Source: Tubulanus polymorphus (lineage: Eukaryota > Animalia > Nemertea). Taken from it: 38,202 nt of DNA. The notes under the pieces were generated by a model. That model had not been told where the DNA came from and did not search any database. It saw only the letters and a list, made by a program, of their open reading frames with translations. Shown here piece by piece: positions 34,595-38,202 of the stretch. The stretch is taken from contig NW_027437488.1 of the NCBI RefSeq assembly GCF_964204645.1, positions 1 to 38,202 of the forward strand, read 5' to 3'. Each line of letters opens with the position of its first letter. Position 1 is the stretch's first letter. The position numbers and the translations under genes were made by a program.

Positions 34595-34935
34595 CCTTGA
34601 GTCAAGTCACCTTCCCCCTCCTCCTCCATTTGCCTCTACCTCACTCCCCTCTTTTTTTTCCCTCCCTCAACCATATCCTCATCATCCTCGCTTTTAGCCC
34701 CTCGAGTTAAATCACCCTTCCCCAAACTCCCCTCCATTTGCTTCTACCTCACTCCCCTCTTTTTCTTCCCTCCCTCAACTTTATCCTCATCATCCTCCCT
34801 TCTAGCCCCTCGAGTTAAATCACCCTCCCCCAAACTCCCCTCCGTTTGCTTCTACCTCACTCCCTCTTTTTCTACCCTCCCTCCACTCTATCCTCCTCAC
34901 GCTAGCGTACTAACCCCTCGAGTCAAATAACCCTA
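34595..34935. repeat. 108-bp pyrimidine-rich tandem repeat (~3 units)
   Basis: ctcgag anchor at 34701, 34809, 34917. Confidence 0.8.
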
Positions 34936-35243
34936 ACCCTCGTCTGCCGTGACAAATTGAGCGCGGCGCGCGACACGACAAGACAATTTTACTAGTCGAC
35001 TATCACTGGATCGAACTCCAGGGGAGAACATCGTAAACAGACATAAATCTACAATTAGCGTCTCGAGAATTCGGGTAGCGTAAAATTTTAATTCAGACAC
35101 CGCCGATTTTTTCATATCCGTAGAGAGAGAAAGAGAGAGAGAACGGGCGCGGGACGTGTCGATAAATGTTTTAAACGCCTCGAAGCTGTCTGACGCCGCT
35201 ACCAACTAATTCAGTCCTAGGCGAGATAGAAAATAAACGAATA

Positions 35244-37275
35244 TCATTCATAACTAATCGTAATTTTACTGAATCGTTGAAGTTATCCTGAACGAGAAGG
35301 TCATCATTGGTAACAAATCGTAATTTTACCGAATCGTTGAAGTTATCCTGAACGAGAAGGTCATCATTAGTAACTAATCATAATTTTACTGAATCGTTGA
35401 AGGTATCCTGAACGAGAAGGTCATCATTAGTAACTAATCCTAATGTACTGAATCAGTGAAGTTATCCTGAACGAGAAGGTCATCATTAGTAACTAATCAT
35501 AATTTTACTGAATCAGTGAAGTTATCCTGAACGAGAAGGTCATCATTAGTAACTAATCCTAATTTTACTGAATCAGTGAAGTTATCCTGAACGAGAAGGT
35601 CATCATTAGTAACTAATCATAATTTTACTGAATCGTTGAAGTTATCCTGAACGAGAAGGTCATCATTAGTAACTAATCCTAATTTCATTTCATCTAAAAT
35701 TTAAGTCATCTAGAATGAGGTCATCATTTTTAACTAATCATAATTTTACTGAATCAGTGAAGTTATCCTGAACGAGAAGGTCATCATTAGTAACTAATCA
35801 TAATTTTACTGAATCGTTGAAGTCATCTTTGAGAATGAGAAGGTTTTCATTAGTAACTAATCATAATTTTACTGAATCGTTGAAGTCATCTTTGAGAATG
35901 AGAAGGTTTTCATTGGTAACTAATCATAATTTTACTGAATCGTTGAAGTTATCCTGAACGAGAAGGTCATCATTAGTAACTAATCCTAATTTCATTTCAT
36001 CTAAAATTTAAGTCATCTAGAATGAGGTCATCATTTTTAACTAATCATAATTTTACTGAATCAGTGAAGTTATCCTGAACGAGAAGGTCATCATTAGTAA
36101 CTAATCATAATTTTACTGAATCGTTGAAGTCATCTTTGAGAATGAGAAGGTTTTCATTAGTAACTAATCATAATTTTACTGAATCGTTGAAGTCATCTTT
36201 GAGAATGAGAAGGTTTTCATTGGTAACTAATCATAATTTTACTGAATCGTTGAAGTTATCCTGAACGAGAAGGTCATCATTAGTAACTAATCCTAATTTC
36301 ATTTCATCTAAAATTTAAGTCATCTAGAATGAGGTCATCATTTTTAACTAATCATAATTTTACTGAATCAGTGAAGTTATCCTGAACGAGAAGGTCATCA
36401 TTAGTAACTAATCATAATTTTACTGAATCGTTGAAGTTATCCTGAACGAGAAGGTCATCATTAGTAACTAATCATAATTTTACTGAATCGTTGAAGTCAT
36501 CTTTGAGAATGAGAAGGTTTTCATTAGTAACTAATCATAATTTTACTGAATCGTTGAAGTCATCTTTGAGAATGAGAAGGTTTTCATTGGTAACTAATCA
36601 TAATTTTACTGAATCGTTGAAGTTATCCTGAACGAGAAGGTCATCATTAGTAACTAATCCTAATTTCATTTCATCTAAAATTTAAGTCATCTAGAATGAG
36701 GTCATCATTTTTAACTAATCATAATTTTACTGAATCAGTGAAGTTATCCTGAACGAGAAGGTCATCATTAGTAACTAATCATAATTTTACTGAATCGTTG
36801 AAGTCATCTTTGAGAATGAGAAGGTTTTCATTAGTAACTAATCATAATTTTACTGAATCGTTGAAGTCATCTTTGAGAATGAGAAGGTTTTCATTGGTAA
36901 CTAATCGTAATTTTACTGAATCGTTGAAGTCATCTTTGGGAATGAGAAGGTTTTCATTGGTAACTAATCATAATTTTACTGAATCGTTGAATCAACTTTG
37001 AGAATTAGAAGGTTTTCATTCGTAACTAATCATAATTTTACTGAATCGTTGAAGTCATCTTTGAGAATGAGAAGGTTTTCATTGGTAACTAATATTAATT
37101 TTACTGAATCGTTGAAGTCATCTTTGAGAATGAGAAGGTTTTCATTCGTAACTAATCATAATTTTACTGAATGGTAGAAGTTATCGAGAAGGTTGATATC
37201 GAATTTTAGTAATTAATCATAATTTAGCTGAATCAAAGACATCTTTTAAATAACCAACGATAATTTTACTGAATA
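35244..37275. repeat. 60/63-bp satellite (~33 monomers) with higher-order structure
   Basis: Shared core taactaatcataattttactgaatcgttgaagt with three monomer types. Confidence 0.97.
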
Positions 37276-37784
37276 TTGCGTCGATTTGCGTCGAGTAGCG
37301 CGGGGAATTGACATGAATCGGCGGTCGATCGATATAAAGATGCCTATATACGAACGCCGTGTACGAAAAAAAACCTCATTTCCTTCGCGTCGCTGGAGAT
37401 CGGGGGAAAAATTACGAATTGACTAACGTCGCGAGCCGTCGACTGGTTTAGTCGACTAGTTGACTGATCAGGTCGCGATCAAAGCTGACATGTCGCGCGC
37501 ACACACAAGCCAATACGACGACTCGTAAAAAGAGACCGCCGTTTCCAGGTCGCCGTACGCTCTCCGATGTTGAATTAAACGAAATTCTAAATTCAATCGT
37601 TTCAATCAAGATTTGATGACAGGTTGACAGCGTTTGATGGCTCCACGATTGGCGGGGGACATATTTTTCGTAGACTGTTCCCGAGGGATGGTTGACAGCT
37701 CCGCGCCTGTCGGAGGGATGGTTACGTATTTTTAGACACTGTTAGTGACATTCAGGAACACGTACGCCAGTTGACGAGGCAATA

Positions 37785-38195
37785 AGGGGACAGTAAACCA
37801 TTTTCAGTGACTGTTCCTGACAATCAGGGGACAGTAAACCATTTTCAGACACTGTTCCTGACAATCAGGGGACAGTAAACCATTTTCAGACACTGTTCCT
37901 GGCAAAAAGGGGACAGTTAACCATTGTCAGTGACTGTTCCTGACAATCAGGGGACAGTAAACATTTTCAGAGACTGTTCCTGACAATCAGGGACAGTAAA
38001 CCATTTTCAGAGACTGTTCCTGGCAAAAAGGGGACAGTTAACCATTGTCAGTGACTGTTCCTGACAATCAGGGGACAGTAAACCATTTTCAGTGACTGTT
38101 CCTGACAATCAGGGGACAGTTAACCATTTACAGAGACTGTTCCTGACAATCAGAGGACAGTAAACCATTTCCAGAGACTGTTCAGGATAGTCAGG
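37785..38195. repeat. 41-bp minisatellite (~10 units) with degenerate lead-in from ~37615
   Basis: caggggacagtaaaccattttcag(t/a)gactgttcctgacaat. Confidence 0.93.
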
Positions 38196-38202
38196 GGTGA
38201 TT

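Noticed and set aside
33655-34710. 351-aa PLLPPLQSAVH-repeat ORF
   Set aside because: Open only because a stop-free 33-bp unit runs into CT-rich sequence; TTG start.

Overview
This is animal (invertebrate-type) genomic DNA, not prokaryotic. It looks like an intronic stretch of a minus-strand IA-2/PTPRN-family receptor tyrosine phosphatase gene. Two consecutive exons are visible with canonical GT-AG borders and matching phase: 21823-21632 (transmembrane/juxtamembrane, ending ...ASKDYQ) and 17985-17846 (DLCRQRM...SSTSSW). The rest alternates CpG-rich unique islands with about a dozen tandem-repeat families (33, 33, 40, 41, 47, 60/63, 77, 78, 79, 102, 108 bp and a ~9-bp repeat). It also holds six copies of a TTAA/CCCT piggyBac-like MITE, a modular dispersed repeat, an inverted pair of tRNA-derived SINE-like heads and long CT/GA tracts. 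Nearly all supplied ORFs are repeat or low-complexity artefacts. The most notable extras: two minimal hammerhead ribozyme motifs, a 77-bp satellite with a CTCF-like motif in each unit, about eleven RFX X-box-like palindromes in the unique islands, a possible X-box-driven alternative first exon pair, and inverted repeats bracketing the 140-nt exon. Everything was read by eye; no search or folding was run, and repeat boundaries are approximate.
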